Source of the DNA: Clostridia bacterium
Lineage (GTDB): Bacteria; Bacillota; Clostridia; JAAYHZ01
Length of the DNA stretch: 64,000 nucleotides
Direction of reading: 5' to 3'
NCBI GenBank assembly: GCA_050950825.1
Contig: JBMNIH010000010.1
Location: 32,001 to 96,000, forward strand
How positions within the stretch are numbered: the stretch's first letter is position 1; each line of letters starts with the position of its first letter. The notes under the pieces are model-generated. The model was given only the letters and a program-made list of their open reading frames with translations, was not told the origin of the DNA and did not search any database. Shown here piece by piece: positions 20,509 to 28,673 of this stretch. A program made the position numbers and the translations under genes.

Positions 20509-21093
20509 CTACTTCCCCCCGCAATATCTGTTATTTAATAAAACAATCATATTATAAAAAACGATCACAAAATATGCTTTCATTATAATATCGCCGATAC
20601 TCATTACACAATAACCAAAATCAAATATGTCACCTAAAAAATTCATTTTGGTTTGTTCACTCATACCGATATGTATGGCCCCCGGCGCGGAGAAAGTAGC
20701 TTCATTCGAAAAACCGGTCAAGTTGGAAAAGGTAAACTTAACCGGCATTTTGCCCCCGTTCGCATTCATTACCAATTTATTTAACAATGTTCCGACCAAG
20801 ACCAAGCCGCATCCGAATATTGCCGATCGGTAAAGCTTAAAATAAAAAACCGGTAATATCAAATACAAGAAAAACCCGGTTTTTAAAATTCCGGCGTACC
20901 GGATTACGTCAAGGTTACCCTTTGCCGACAGGTATTGAAAAACCCAAAAAACAATTTCCAATGCCAAGAACGGATAAATTATGAAACTTCTAAAAATAAC
21001 AAAAGGCTTGTATCCTTTAATCCAAGCAATAACAAATGCAGCTATTAAAAAAGGTAACAATTTAATGTGCCTCCGCAAGTTCAATATTGGCAT
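20509..21093 (-). CDS. DUF5317 family membrane protein
   Basis: LNKLVMNANGGKMPV ... TKMNFLGDIF ... SIGDII motifs. True start may be TTG at 21060 after GGAGG. Confidence 0.82.
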   Translation of the reverse strand: MPILNLRRHIKLLPFLIAAFVIAWIKGYKPFVIFRSFIIYPFLALEIVFWVFQYLSAKGNLDVIRYAGILKTGFFLYLILPVFYFKLYRSAIFGCGLVLVGTLLNKLVMNANGGKMPVKFTFSNLTGFSNEATFSAPGAIHIGMSEQTKMNFLGDIFDFGYCVMSIGDIIMKAYFVIVFYNMIVLLNNRYCGGK

Positions 21094-22756
21094 GCTCCGA
21101 AGCCGTTAACAAAAACTCCAAGAATTGATCCGTCAATTCAGGATCAAAATGTTTTCCTTTGCACCGTTTTATTTCTTCGACGGCTTCCTCAAAGGATAAT
21201 TTTTTTTTGTATGGACGGTCATTGGTCATGGCATCGAAGCTATCGATAATCGTAAGCAAACGAGCCTCTTTGCATATTTGCTCGCCTGCCAAGCCGTCCG
21301 GATAACCGGTACCGTCATAACGCTCGTGATGCTGCCTTACAATCGGTATGATTTCCGGATCGTATCCTAATTCCGATATGATTCTTGCGCCCCATTCGGG
21401 ATGCTTCTGCAGCATTTGGAATTCTTCGTCGGTCAATTTGGTTGATTTCATTAATACGCGAGAAGGAATATTGATTTTACCGATATCGTGCATATACGCT
21501 GCAAAAATCATTACTTTTTTGGTGCATTCATCGTATCCTGCCCACTCGGCAAAGCTCTTCATGTAATTGACAACGTTTTCGATGTGATTGTATGTAAATT
21601 CGTCTCGGGTATTAATGACCGTAATTAACGTCCTTATGGCCGTAAACATTTCGCTTGTATATTTATCGTCGTTATCTATGTTTTCAAATATGTTTTCATA
21701 TTTTCGAACCTGGTTCTTGTCCATAAATTTCGCACGATACAATGCTATATCCGCAAAGCGAACCAGATCGTCCACGGACTTCGCTTCATCGCTCATTTTT
21801 GCAACGCCAATGGATACCGTCAATTTCTTTTCAGGCAAATATTCCTCTCCGTAGAATTTCGTAGATTTCACTTGGTCGCAAATTTTATGAGCGATTTCCA
21901 TGGCTTGATTTTCGGTGAAAGGCCCGGTTATGGCAAACTCGTCTCCGCCTTGCCTGCAAACAATGCCGTTTTGAGCATTTTCCGTAAAGATATTGGCAAA
22001 TTGGACTAGAATGTCATCGCCTTGGACGTGTCCGTGGTATTCGTTATAGGTCTTGAAATTATCAATATCTATTAATATTAAAGCTAAGGGAGTATTGTCA
22101 TGATGGTAATGCTGGATCTTGTCTTCAAGATAAGAGATCAGATATCGATGGTTATAAACGCCCGTCAAACCGTCTTTTTCCGCCAAATCCTTTAAAACAC
22201 CGATATATTTTTCTTTTTCACTTAAGTAATATCCGATTATGTAAGAGGTTAAAACAAGCTCCAAAGCAAAGAGAATGTTTCCCTCCATCATGACCTCGGT
22301 GGCCGTTTTAAAATGCGATTGGGCAAGGGTATATATGGTGACAAAAGCAAGAGAGGACGATATACCCCATGTCAATCCGTTTTCTATGGTCATGATGATA
22401 ACAACAAGGAAAAACAAGTGCTTGTGGTCTCGCGCTAAGGAAGGAGATGCGCATGCTATAATAATCCCGCCTACTAAAAAAAACAAAAAAATGTTCTGCA
22501 GTTTTTTCAGTATCTTCTCTCTTTTTGAAAACTTAAATCCGATAAAAAGCCATATGGAGAAAAGAGCAAGAAAAAGTATTATGCTTGCATAAAAAGGACC
22601 CGGACCTTCCATAATTATTTCCGTAACGCTTCTATCGGAGAAAAGTACTTGAAATAACATGAAAGCCGAAGCAAACATCAACAGCAACTTGATTGATGAC
22701 AATAGATTGATAAGTTTTCCGTTATTGTACGAGTACACTGTCGCAATGACCTCCAC
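21062..22756 (-). CDS. Membrane-bound diguanylate cyclase / HD-GYP phosphodiesterase
   Basis: N-terminal TM region, DGLTGVYN, DIDNFK, RQGGDEF, then MHDIGK and HHERYDGTGYP. Start may be GTG at 22738. Confidence 0.93.
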   Translation of the reverse strand: MEVIATVYSYNNGKLINLLSSIKLLLMFASAFMLFQVLFSDRSVTEIIMEGPGPFYASIILFLALFSIWLFIGFKFSKREKILKKLQNIFLFFLVGGIIIACASPSLARDHKHLFFLVVIIMTIENGLTWGISSSLAFVTIYTLAQSHFKTATEVMMEGNILFALELVLTSYIIGYYLSEKEKYIGVLKDLAEKDGLTGVYNHRYLISYLEDKIQHYHHDNTPLALILIDIDNFKTYNEYHGHVQGDDILVQFANIFTENAQNGIVCRQGGDEFAITGPFTENQAMEIAHKICDQVKSTKFYGEEYLPEKKLTVSIGVAKMSDEAKSVDDLVRFADIALYRAKFMDKNQVRKYENIFENIDNDDKYTSEMFTAIRTLITVINTRDEFTYNHIENVVNYMKSFAEWAGYDECTKKVMIFAAYMHDIGKINIPSRVLMKSTKLTDEEFQMLQKHPEWGARIISELGYDPEIIPIVRQHHERYDGTGYPDGLAGEQICKEARLLTIIDSFDAMTNDRPYKKKLSFEEAVEEIKRCKGKHFDPELTDQFLEFLLTASEHANIELAEAH

Positions 22757-22763
22757 CTAGTGA

Positions 22764-22797
22764 AAAGGCTGTAAAAAGTAACCTTTCCACAGCCTTT
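22764..22797 (-). terminator. Stem-loop between agrD and the GGDEF/HD-GYP gene (partial terminator or mRNA stabiliser)
   Basis: AAAGGCTGT (22764-22772) / ACAGCCTTT (22789-22797), short U tract on the minus strand. Confidence 0.6.
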
Positions 22798-22808
22798 CTT
22801 GTAGCTTG

Positions 22809-22934
22809 TTACTTATTTTGCAACGATGTCGGCTCCTTCGGTTGGTGGATGAAAAGCCAGCATGCCGAGGTTGCCAATAGTGTTGCTACTACAGAAGCTA
22901 CAACTGCAGCTACTTTTAGTGCTTTTTGTTTCAT
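22809..22934 (-). CDS. agrD: AgrD cyclic thiolactone autoinducer precursor, MKQKALKVAAVVASVVATLLATSACWLFIHQPKEPTSLQNK (41 aa)
   Basis: Translated by hand; below the ORF-track size cutoff. GAAGGAGGT RBS, amphipathic leader, TSA-C-xxxx-HQPxEP motif typical of clostridial AgrD. Confidence 0.93.
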   Translation of the reverse strand: MKQKALKVAAVVASVVATLLATSACWLFIHQPKEPTSLQNK

Positions 22935-23146
22935 TTGTTTTACCTCCTTCTTTAAGTATTCATTCATATGATATAAACATGAATGTCTATTTAATAAGCC
23001 GGTCTCTTTTCATAAGAAGCCTTTCCATCGATATAATTGTTCTAATAACCTTCCGCTTGCCCATACGTCTAATTGTGATTGTACCAAACCGCTGCGCGGT
23101 AGCTCAACAGTATTTACCCTTTTCGGGTCCTAACCTTTATATTTAA

Positions 23147-23175
23147 TTCCTATCACCTTCAAAATCGTATATAAT
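23147..23175 (+). promoter_or_regulatory. Putative sigma-A promoter for the integrase-transposase pair
   Basis: TTCCTA - 17 bp - TATAAT, about 40 bp upstream of the integrase ATG. Confidence 0.55.
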
Positions 23176-23212
23176 AGCTCCCATTAATTTGATTTTGAAA
23201 GGTGGTATTGTT

Positions 23213-24088
23213 ATGTCAACAAATTTATCCGTCGATTTTGATCAAGCGCTCCACAATGTTAAGTTTGTTCTTGAGACCTGCCGTTATTCTCAAAGAACAA
23301 TCTATCTTTATGAGCGACAAATTATTAAGTTTTATCAAACGGTTCAGAAACATCCCTGTCAAATCTCTCAGCAAGATGTACTTTTGTATTTGCACGGTCT
23401 TGTTAAGCGATCCTTGAGTGCGGATTACATCAACCAAGTCAGAGCAGCCATACGTCTTTTCTTCCGTGTAGGATTGCAAAAAACTTTTGATGAGTCTTTA
23501 CTTCCTCGTGTTCGTAAGGAAACTGTACTGCCTGCCGTATTGTCGCAAAATGAAATCAAACGAATATTTTCCTACATAAGAAACCCTCGATACAGAGTCA
23601 TTCTATACCTTTGTTATTCTGCAGGTCTTCGTCTCGGAGAAGCCTTGAATCTAAAAATCAAAGATATTGACAGTGAGAATATGCAGATCGCCGTTCGAAA
23701 AAGTAAAAACAACAAAGATCGCTATACGATACTGTCTCCGGAGTATTTGACGCTTCTTCGAGATTATTGGAGGCTTTACAGACCTGAAGGTCCTTATCTT
23801 TTCCCGGGTGCCTCTTCCGGTAAGCCTATGGCAGCGCAGGGAATCCAAAAGGCGTTTCATGATGCCGTAATAAAAGCCGGAATCCGCAAAAATGCGTGCA
23901 TTCATTCTTTACGCCATAGCTTTGCGACACACCTTTACGAATCCGGACAAGATATCGAAGTCATACAATCCCTACTCGGTCATGCAAGCATTTGGACCAC
24001 CAAACGTTACACGCACTTGGCACGGAAGCATCTTCAAGGGGTGAAGAGTCCGGCTGACGGTTTCGGAGGTGATTTTAATGTCCTCTAA
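23213..24088 (+). CDS. Tyrosine recombinase/integrase
   Basis: AGLRLGE (R), KNNKDR (K), HSLRHSF (HxxR), LLGH, TKRY (Y); N-terminal SAM-like domain. Start at ATG 23213. Confidence 0.93.
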   Translation: MSTNLSVDFDQALHNVKFVLETCRYSQRTIYLYERQIIKFYQTVQKHPCQISQQDVLLYLHGLVKRSLSADYINQVRAAIRLFFRVGLQKTFDESLLPRVRKETVLPAVLSQNEIKRIFSYIRNPRYRVILYLCYSAGLRLGEALNLKIKDIDSENMQIAVRKSKNNKDRYTILSPEYLTLLRDYWRLYRPEGPYLFPGASSGKPMAAQGIQKAFHDAVIKAGIRKNACIHSLRHSFATHLYESGQDIEVIQSLLGHASIWTTKRYTHLARKHLQGVKSPADGFGGDFNVL

Positions 24089-25235
24089 AATTCAAAAGAT
24101 CTTTCAGTCCTTTAAAGAGAGATTGCCGTCCCAAAGCTATTCTCCCCAAAAAACAAAAGTCATTGACGCAATCTGTAAGTGCCGCACTCCCGAAATGGGA
24201 GGATTCGTCCAACGATGTGACGATTGCGGTTACACCGAGGCACATTTCAATTCCTGCCGAAATCGACATTGTCCCGTTTGTCAAGGGTCCAACCAAAGAA
24301 AATGGGTTGAAAAGCAAGTCGCCAACACGCTCCCGATACCCTATTTCCACGTGGTTTTCACCGTGCCTGCCGAACTCAATCCCTTGTTTCTTGCAAACCC
24401 CGACAATATGTTCAATCTGCTCTTTCGTGCCGCTAGTCAAACCGTTTTGACTCTCTCGGAGAACGAAAAATTTCTCGGGGCGCAACCCGGCTTTATCGCC
24501 GTCTTACATACATGGGGGCGAAACATTCAGTTCCATCCCCATTTGCATTGTATCGTAACGGGCGGCGGATTGTCCAGCGATCGCAAACGATTCGTTGTTT
24601 CCAAAGATTCCTTTTTCCTTCCTCTTAAAGCGATCAGCATCGTTTTCCGGGGAAAGTTCCTCGAGGAATTGAAAACATTCTTTGTTAATAACACCCTTCA
24701 ATTGACGGAAGGTTTGGATACCGTTCAAAAAAGGCAACAATTTCTGGACTTACTGTACTCCAAGGATTGGGTATGCTATTGCAAGAAACCGTTTAAAGAC
24801 GCTTCCGCCGTTATACGGTATCTCGGCCGATATACTCACAAAGTGGCGATCTCGGACAGCCGAATCGTTTCTCATAATCCCGACACGCAGACGGTGCGTT
24901 TCCACTGGAAAGATTACAAAGATCACAACAAAATCAAGATCATGCAGCTTTCCGAAGACGAGTTCGTACGCCGTTTTCTCCTCCATGTGTTGCCCAAAGG
25001 ATTCATGAAAATTCGACATTACGGATTGCTTGCCAACCGAGGAAGAGAAGAGCGTTTGGAATTATGCAGAGATTTGCTGAAGGCAACCGCACCCACGGGA
25101 GTTATTCAAGAATTCCCCAAGTGCAAAGTTGAACCTCTTGACCGCTGTCCGAAATGCGGAAGCCAATCTTTTCTTTTGGTTCCTCGCTCTTTGTACGCGC
25201 AGCCGGCTTTATTGCCTACCGGTACCGGACCGTAG
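24078..25235 (+). CDS. IS91 family (HUH, Y2) rolling-circle transposase
   Basis: N-terminal Zn-binding CDDC...SCRNRHCPVC, HVVFT, HPHLH (HUH), YLGRY (YxxxY), KIRHYG. Start at ATG 24078 after GGAGG. Confidence 0.94.
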   Translation: MSSKIQKIFQSFKERLPSQSYSPQKTKVIDAICKCRTPEMGGFVQRCDDCGYTEAHFNSCRNRHCPVCQGSNQRKWVEKQVANTLPIPYFHVVFTVPAELNPLFLANPDNMFNLLFRAASQTVLTLSENEKFLGAQPGFIAVLHTWGRNIQFHPHLHCIVTGGGLSSDRKRFVVSKDSFFLPLKAISIVFRGKFLEELKTFFVNNTLQLTEGLDTVQKRQQFLDLLYSKDWVCYCKKPFKDASAVIRYLGRYTHKVAISDSRIVSHNPDTQTVRFHWKDYKDHNKIKIMQLSEDEFVRRFLLHVLPKGFMKIRHYGLLANRGREERLELCRDLLKATAPTGVIQEFPKCKVEPLDRCPKCGSQSFLLVPRSLYAQPALLPTGTGP

Positions 25236-25443
25236 ATTCTTGACAACTGAATATCGTGTAAAACGACCCTTTATGGGAGGGCGTAGCTTGCTCTTTTTCA
25301 GGCGATTTTCCGCTTTTTCTTCGATTTTCAAGGTGCGAAGTACCGTTTTAACGTACTTTTAAGCCTAAAATGTTCGAATCAAACCGATGTTGACCTTTTA
25401 AAATTCCCATGGGAAAATGAGAACCTACGCGGTTTGGTACAAT

Positions 25444-25565
25444 ATGCGTTTATCAATTCTCTTGTCCGAATATATTTTAGTTTACAACACCCGCCACATT
25501 CACATTGTGGTGGTTTCTTTTTGTGTTGCGAATTGATAAAACGCATAATCATTATACCACAATTA
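25444..25565. repeat. Long imperfect inverted repeat / nested hairpin adjoining the element's right end
   Basis: ATGCGTTTATCAATTC (25444-25459) / GAATTGATAAAACGCAT (25530-25546); inner CAACAC/GTGTTG and CCGCCACA/TGTGGTGG stems. Confidence 0.8.
25551..25561 (-). promoter_or_regulatory. Extended -10 promoter pointing toward the hairpin, the element and agrD
   Basis: Minus strand reads TGTG-G-TATAAT, a consensus extended -10. Confidence 0.6.
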
Positions 25566-25642
25566 CAGCGATGACTATATGTTTTTCTTAGAAAAAAGCC
25601 ATTTTTTGCGATTAAAACGCCTAAAACGTTAGAAAAACTCTT

Positions 25643-26488
25643 CTAATTGTCAAATCCCCATATCTTCTTTATGTATTCTAATGCCTCTTTGCTATTTTTT
25701 TCAAAGTTATCGGTTTTACACTCGAACGAGAAATAACCGTTGTAACAAATCTTGTCCAATACTTGGGCTAATCGGAGAAAATCAACACCTTCTTCTATGG
25801 TTTCTTTCGGGAACAGGCGATTCCTATCGGACAAATGAACATGAACCAGCTCATGGGCTGCATACTCGATAATATCGAAAGATTCGCTTTCTTCGAACAT
25901 ATGGTAGGTATCCGCTAACAATTTGATACGAGGCAGATTCAAGTCCTTTACAATCGTAAGCCCCTCCGCTACGGTATTGATAACGTTGCACTCTTTTCGG
26001 TTCAACGGCTCTACCGCTACCGTCAGCCGATATTTTTCTCCGTATTCATTGCACAATTTTAAAAAATCCGTTAATTGGCTCATTCCTTTTTCAACCGGGT
26101 AACCGTCGGGAATCCTTCGAGCACCGCCGCTTCCGAAAATAATGAGCTTCCCATTCAGACGTCGGATACGGCTCATGACAAGATCCAAATACTTTGCAAT
26201 TTCGTCTCGGTCCACAAGGTTCCCTGTTAACGGTAAACGCGAAGGAATGAAACTATTGAACACGGGTATTTCATAAGAATTTTCTTCTAAAATCTCCGAA
26301 AGTCGATACGTTTCCTCGTCCGTCAACCCGGCAACGGCACCGACGGTCAATTCACCGAAATCAAATCCGTTGGATTTTAATAAAGCCAGCCCTTTTTCAA
26401 TACCGGTGACCGTATCAAGCGCATTCTTCTCTTTATCCTCAATTTGAGGAACAAAAGAACCTAACGGTAAACAACATCCGAAAGACAT
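25643..26488 (-). CDS. Sugar phosphate isomerase/epimerase (xylose-isomerase-like TIM barrel)
   Basis: IFGSGGAR, VEPLNRKE, LADTYHM, HVHLSD, SFEC metal-binding motifs. Confidence 0.9.
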   Translation of the reverse strand: MSFGCCLPLGSFVPQIEDKEKNALDTVTGIEKGLALLKSNGFDFGELTVGAVAGLTDEETYRLSEILEENSYEIPVFNSFIPSRLPLTGNLVDRDEIAKYLDLVMSRIRRLNGKLIIFGSGGARRIPDGYPVEKGMSQLTDFLKLCNEYGEKYRLTVAVEPLNRKECNVINTVAEGLTIVKDLNLPRIKLLADTYHMFEESESFDIIEYAAHELVHVHLSDRNRLFPKETIEEGVDFLRLAQVLDKICYNGYFSFECKTDNFEKNSKEALEYIKKIWGFDN

Positions 26489-26897
26489 TTTTTTACCCTT
26501 TCTTCAATAATGAATACAATCTAAAGCCATATAAAGTAAAGCGACGATTATAGTTTACCATATTTCTGTGAACATGTATATTTATTCTGAACATTTTTAT
26601 CTTTTTTATTATTTGACAATAATCGCTGTGGCAGCACTCGTAACCGTTTCCATCAAAAATCATCGTTTTCATCCGATTAATCAATAATTTAAGCATAAAT
26701 ATACACCATAATATAAATAATGAAAAGATTTTTCTCGTTGTTTCCGCCGGAATATAAAATTATAAGAAAAAAATACTGACAAACTGCAATATTCGCAAAA
26801 TGAAATTTTCATCAATAAGTATTGCTATACCCTATGGCAGCCGGTAGAATTTTTTTAACCGGTAGTAAATGAAAACTCTCACGACAGGAGGAGTATT

Positions 26898-28673
26898 ATG
26901 TCTGTTGCTCTGCTGATCGAAGAAAAAAAAAGGGTCTCGAACGGTTCCGATCCGAACAATTGGAACCCGTATATGGAGGAGGTTTTTGACGAATTGGGTA
27001 TCGCCGCTTCCGTATACCGTACCGAAGAAGAACTGCTCCGAGATCTTCAAGGGAAAAAATGCGTAGTACTTACGGATTCCGATTTATCGGAAAAAGCTTT
27101 TCTCAAATTATCCGAGTGGGTTGAAAAAGGAAGCGTTCTTATCGGTTTTCAAACAAAGGGAGCCGACCCGTTATTCGGAATCGAGGACGCCGGAGAGTTA
27201 AAACAGGGGGACGACCCCTTTACGATCAACGGGTATATCTCCCTAAAGAAAAAAGAATACCTTCCGGTGGAAGAAGCGTACAAGCATACGCTGCCGGTGA
27301 TCTCTCCCGTTCGAAGAATCCTTCCAAAGGACGCGGAGGTCATCGGAGAAATGCTGACTCCCGTATCATCCAATATCTTTCAAGGTAATTCCGAATACGC
27401 CGCCATAACCGTCAAGCCGAAGGGCAAGGGCTTTTGCTTTTACTTCTCCTACGGCCTCGCCCAGACGGTATGCGTTATTCACCAAGGCCGCCCCGTGGAC
27501 AGAGATTACGACCAAGACGGTATGTATCGAACCGGAGACGGCATCGTATTGACCTCCGCCCACGACTTAAGCCTTCCTTATGCCGATTACCATTTGTACA
27601 TTTTACAGTACATGACGGATAAAGCGGGGATTCCTTCCAAACACTTTTTGCCTCCTGCGGACGGTCAAATTTCGGACCTTTTGCTCCACTACGGCGGCGA
27701 TGACGAAGCGGACCCGAGCGGCATACAAAGAAAAGCCATGGAATTCATGAAAAGCCGAGGACTGCCTTATCATTTCAACATCATGCCTAATAAGGACATA
27801 ACCGGTTTTGAAGTGGACAAAGAGCTTTACGACGAAATTCGAAGAAACGGACAGGAATGCTCTCTTCATTTTAACTTCTTAAAAATTCGAGAATTCTTAA
27901 CGAAGGAAGAATTCGATCAACAGCTGGACCTCTATGAAAAATACTACGGCGAAACGCCGGTTGTCACCGTTAATCACTGCTTAATTTTTCGAGGTTGGAC
28001 CGAACAAGCTCGCTGGGCTTCCGAAAGAGGAATAAAAGGAGACAACAGCAGAGCCCATACGCGGCTAATGCCGGAAGCCAATCCCGTGAACGTATTCGGT
28101 TTGGCCTTCGGAACCACTTACCCTCATTTCGTTTACGACGATCATCTTCACGGCAATCGTCGTCTACCATACACCTATATCCCCATTGCTTTCTACGAAG
28201 CACGGGTACGGATCGATGAACACCATGAAAAGGACATAAAAAGGCTTTGGGACATCCTGCAAAAAGCGGTGGACAACGCGTGGACCATGAACATGTTTTT
28301 CCACCCGGTCTATATCGCAAGAACTCCGGAATGTACCGAAGCCATCGACCAATTGTTAAAATTTATAGAACAAACCGGATACCGATCCGTTCATATGGGC
28401 AACGATAAGCTGTGCTTATGGTGGTTTGATCGGTCAAAAAGCGAAGTAATAACGGAAAAGCAAACGGAAAAAGAGCTTGTTTTGAAGGTTTCCGCAACGA
28501 ATAAAGAAGGCTTGGTTATTAGAATTCCCGATTCTTTAGGTTTTAATGTTTGTTTTGTAGACGAAAAGAAAACCGTTTGTGAAAGAAGAAAGATTGCCGG
28601 GAGATACTGTCTTTTAGCCGTTATCCCCCAAGGCGTTCATCAAGTAGTTTTAAAACGAGAGGTGCCTTTATGA
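26898..28673 (+). CDS. Hypothetical protein with putative C-terminal polysaccharide-deacetylase-like barrel
   Basis: AGGAGG RBS; GGDDE...SLHFN...VNHCL...FFHP pattern resembles NodB-type metal barrels (inference). Confidence 0.6.
   Translation: MSVALLIEEKKRVSNGSDPNNWNPYMEEVFDELGIAASVYRTEEELLRDLQGKKCVVLTDSDLSEKAFLKLSEWVEKGSVLIGFQTKGADPLFGIEDAGELKQGDDPFTINGYISLKKKEYLPVEEAYKHTLPVISPVRRILPKDAEVIGEMLTPVSSNIFQGNSEYAAITVKPKGKGFCFYFSYGLAQTVCVIHQGRPVDRDYDQDGMYRTGDGIVLTSAHDLSLPYADYHLYILQYMTDKAGIPSKHFLPPADGQISDLLLHYGGDDEADPSGIQRKAMEFMKSRGLPYHFNIMPNKDITGFEVDKELYDEIRRNGQECSLHFNFLKIREFLTKEEFDQQLDLYEKYYGETPVVTVNHCLIFRGWTEQARWASERGIKGDNSRAHTRLMPEANPVNVFGLAFGTTYPHFVYDDHLHGNRRLPYTYIPIAFYEARVRIDEHHEKDIKRLWDILQKAVDNAWTMNMFFHPVYIARTPECTEAIDQLLKFIEQTGYRSVHMGNDKLCLWWFDRSKSEVITEKQTEKELVLKVSATNKEGLVIRIPDSLGFNVCFVDEKKTVCERRKIAGRYCLLAVIPQGVHQVVLKREVPL

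Larger units (their letters stand above)
23079..25442 (+). mobile_element. IS91-family element carrying a tyrosine recombinase, with terminal inverted repeats
   Basis: TTGTACCAAACCGC (23079-23092) and GCGGTTTGGTACAA (25429-25442) bracket overlapping integrase and HUH-Y2 transposase genes; small subterminal hairpins at both ends. Confidence 0.85.

Noticed and set aside
22935-23077. c-di-GMP riboswitch in the agrD leader
   Set aside because: Neither class I (GGCAAA...GACGCAAAGC) nor class II consensus elements were recognisable.
22862-23146. 94-aa plus-strand ORF from the track
   Set aside because: Antisense to agrD, crosses the element boundary, no RBS; a shadow ORF.
23213-24088. Integron integrase with cassette array
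   Set aside because: Lacks the IntI-specific insertion between patches II and III, overlaps an IS91 transposase gene, and no RYYYAAC...GTTRRRY attC cassettes were seen.
25538-25565. dif-like Xer site (CGCATAA...TTATA)
   Set aside because: Only 3 bp between the arms instead of 6 and no XerD-type arm; better explained by the hairpin and promoter.
26493-26696. 67-aa ORF in the AT-rich spacer
   Set aside because: No RBS and atypical composition; probably divergent promoter DNA.
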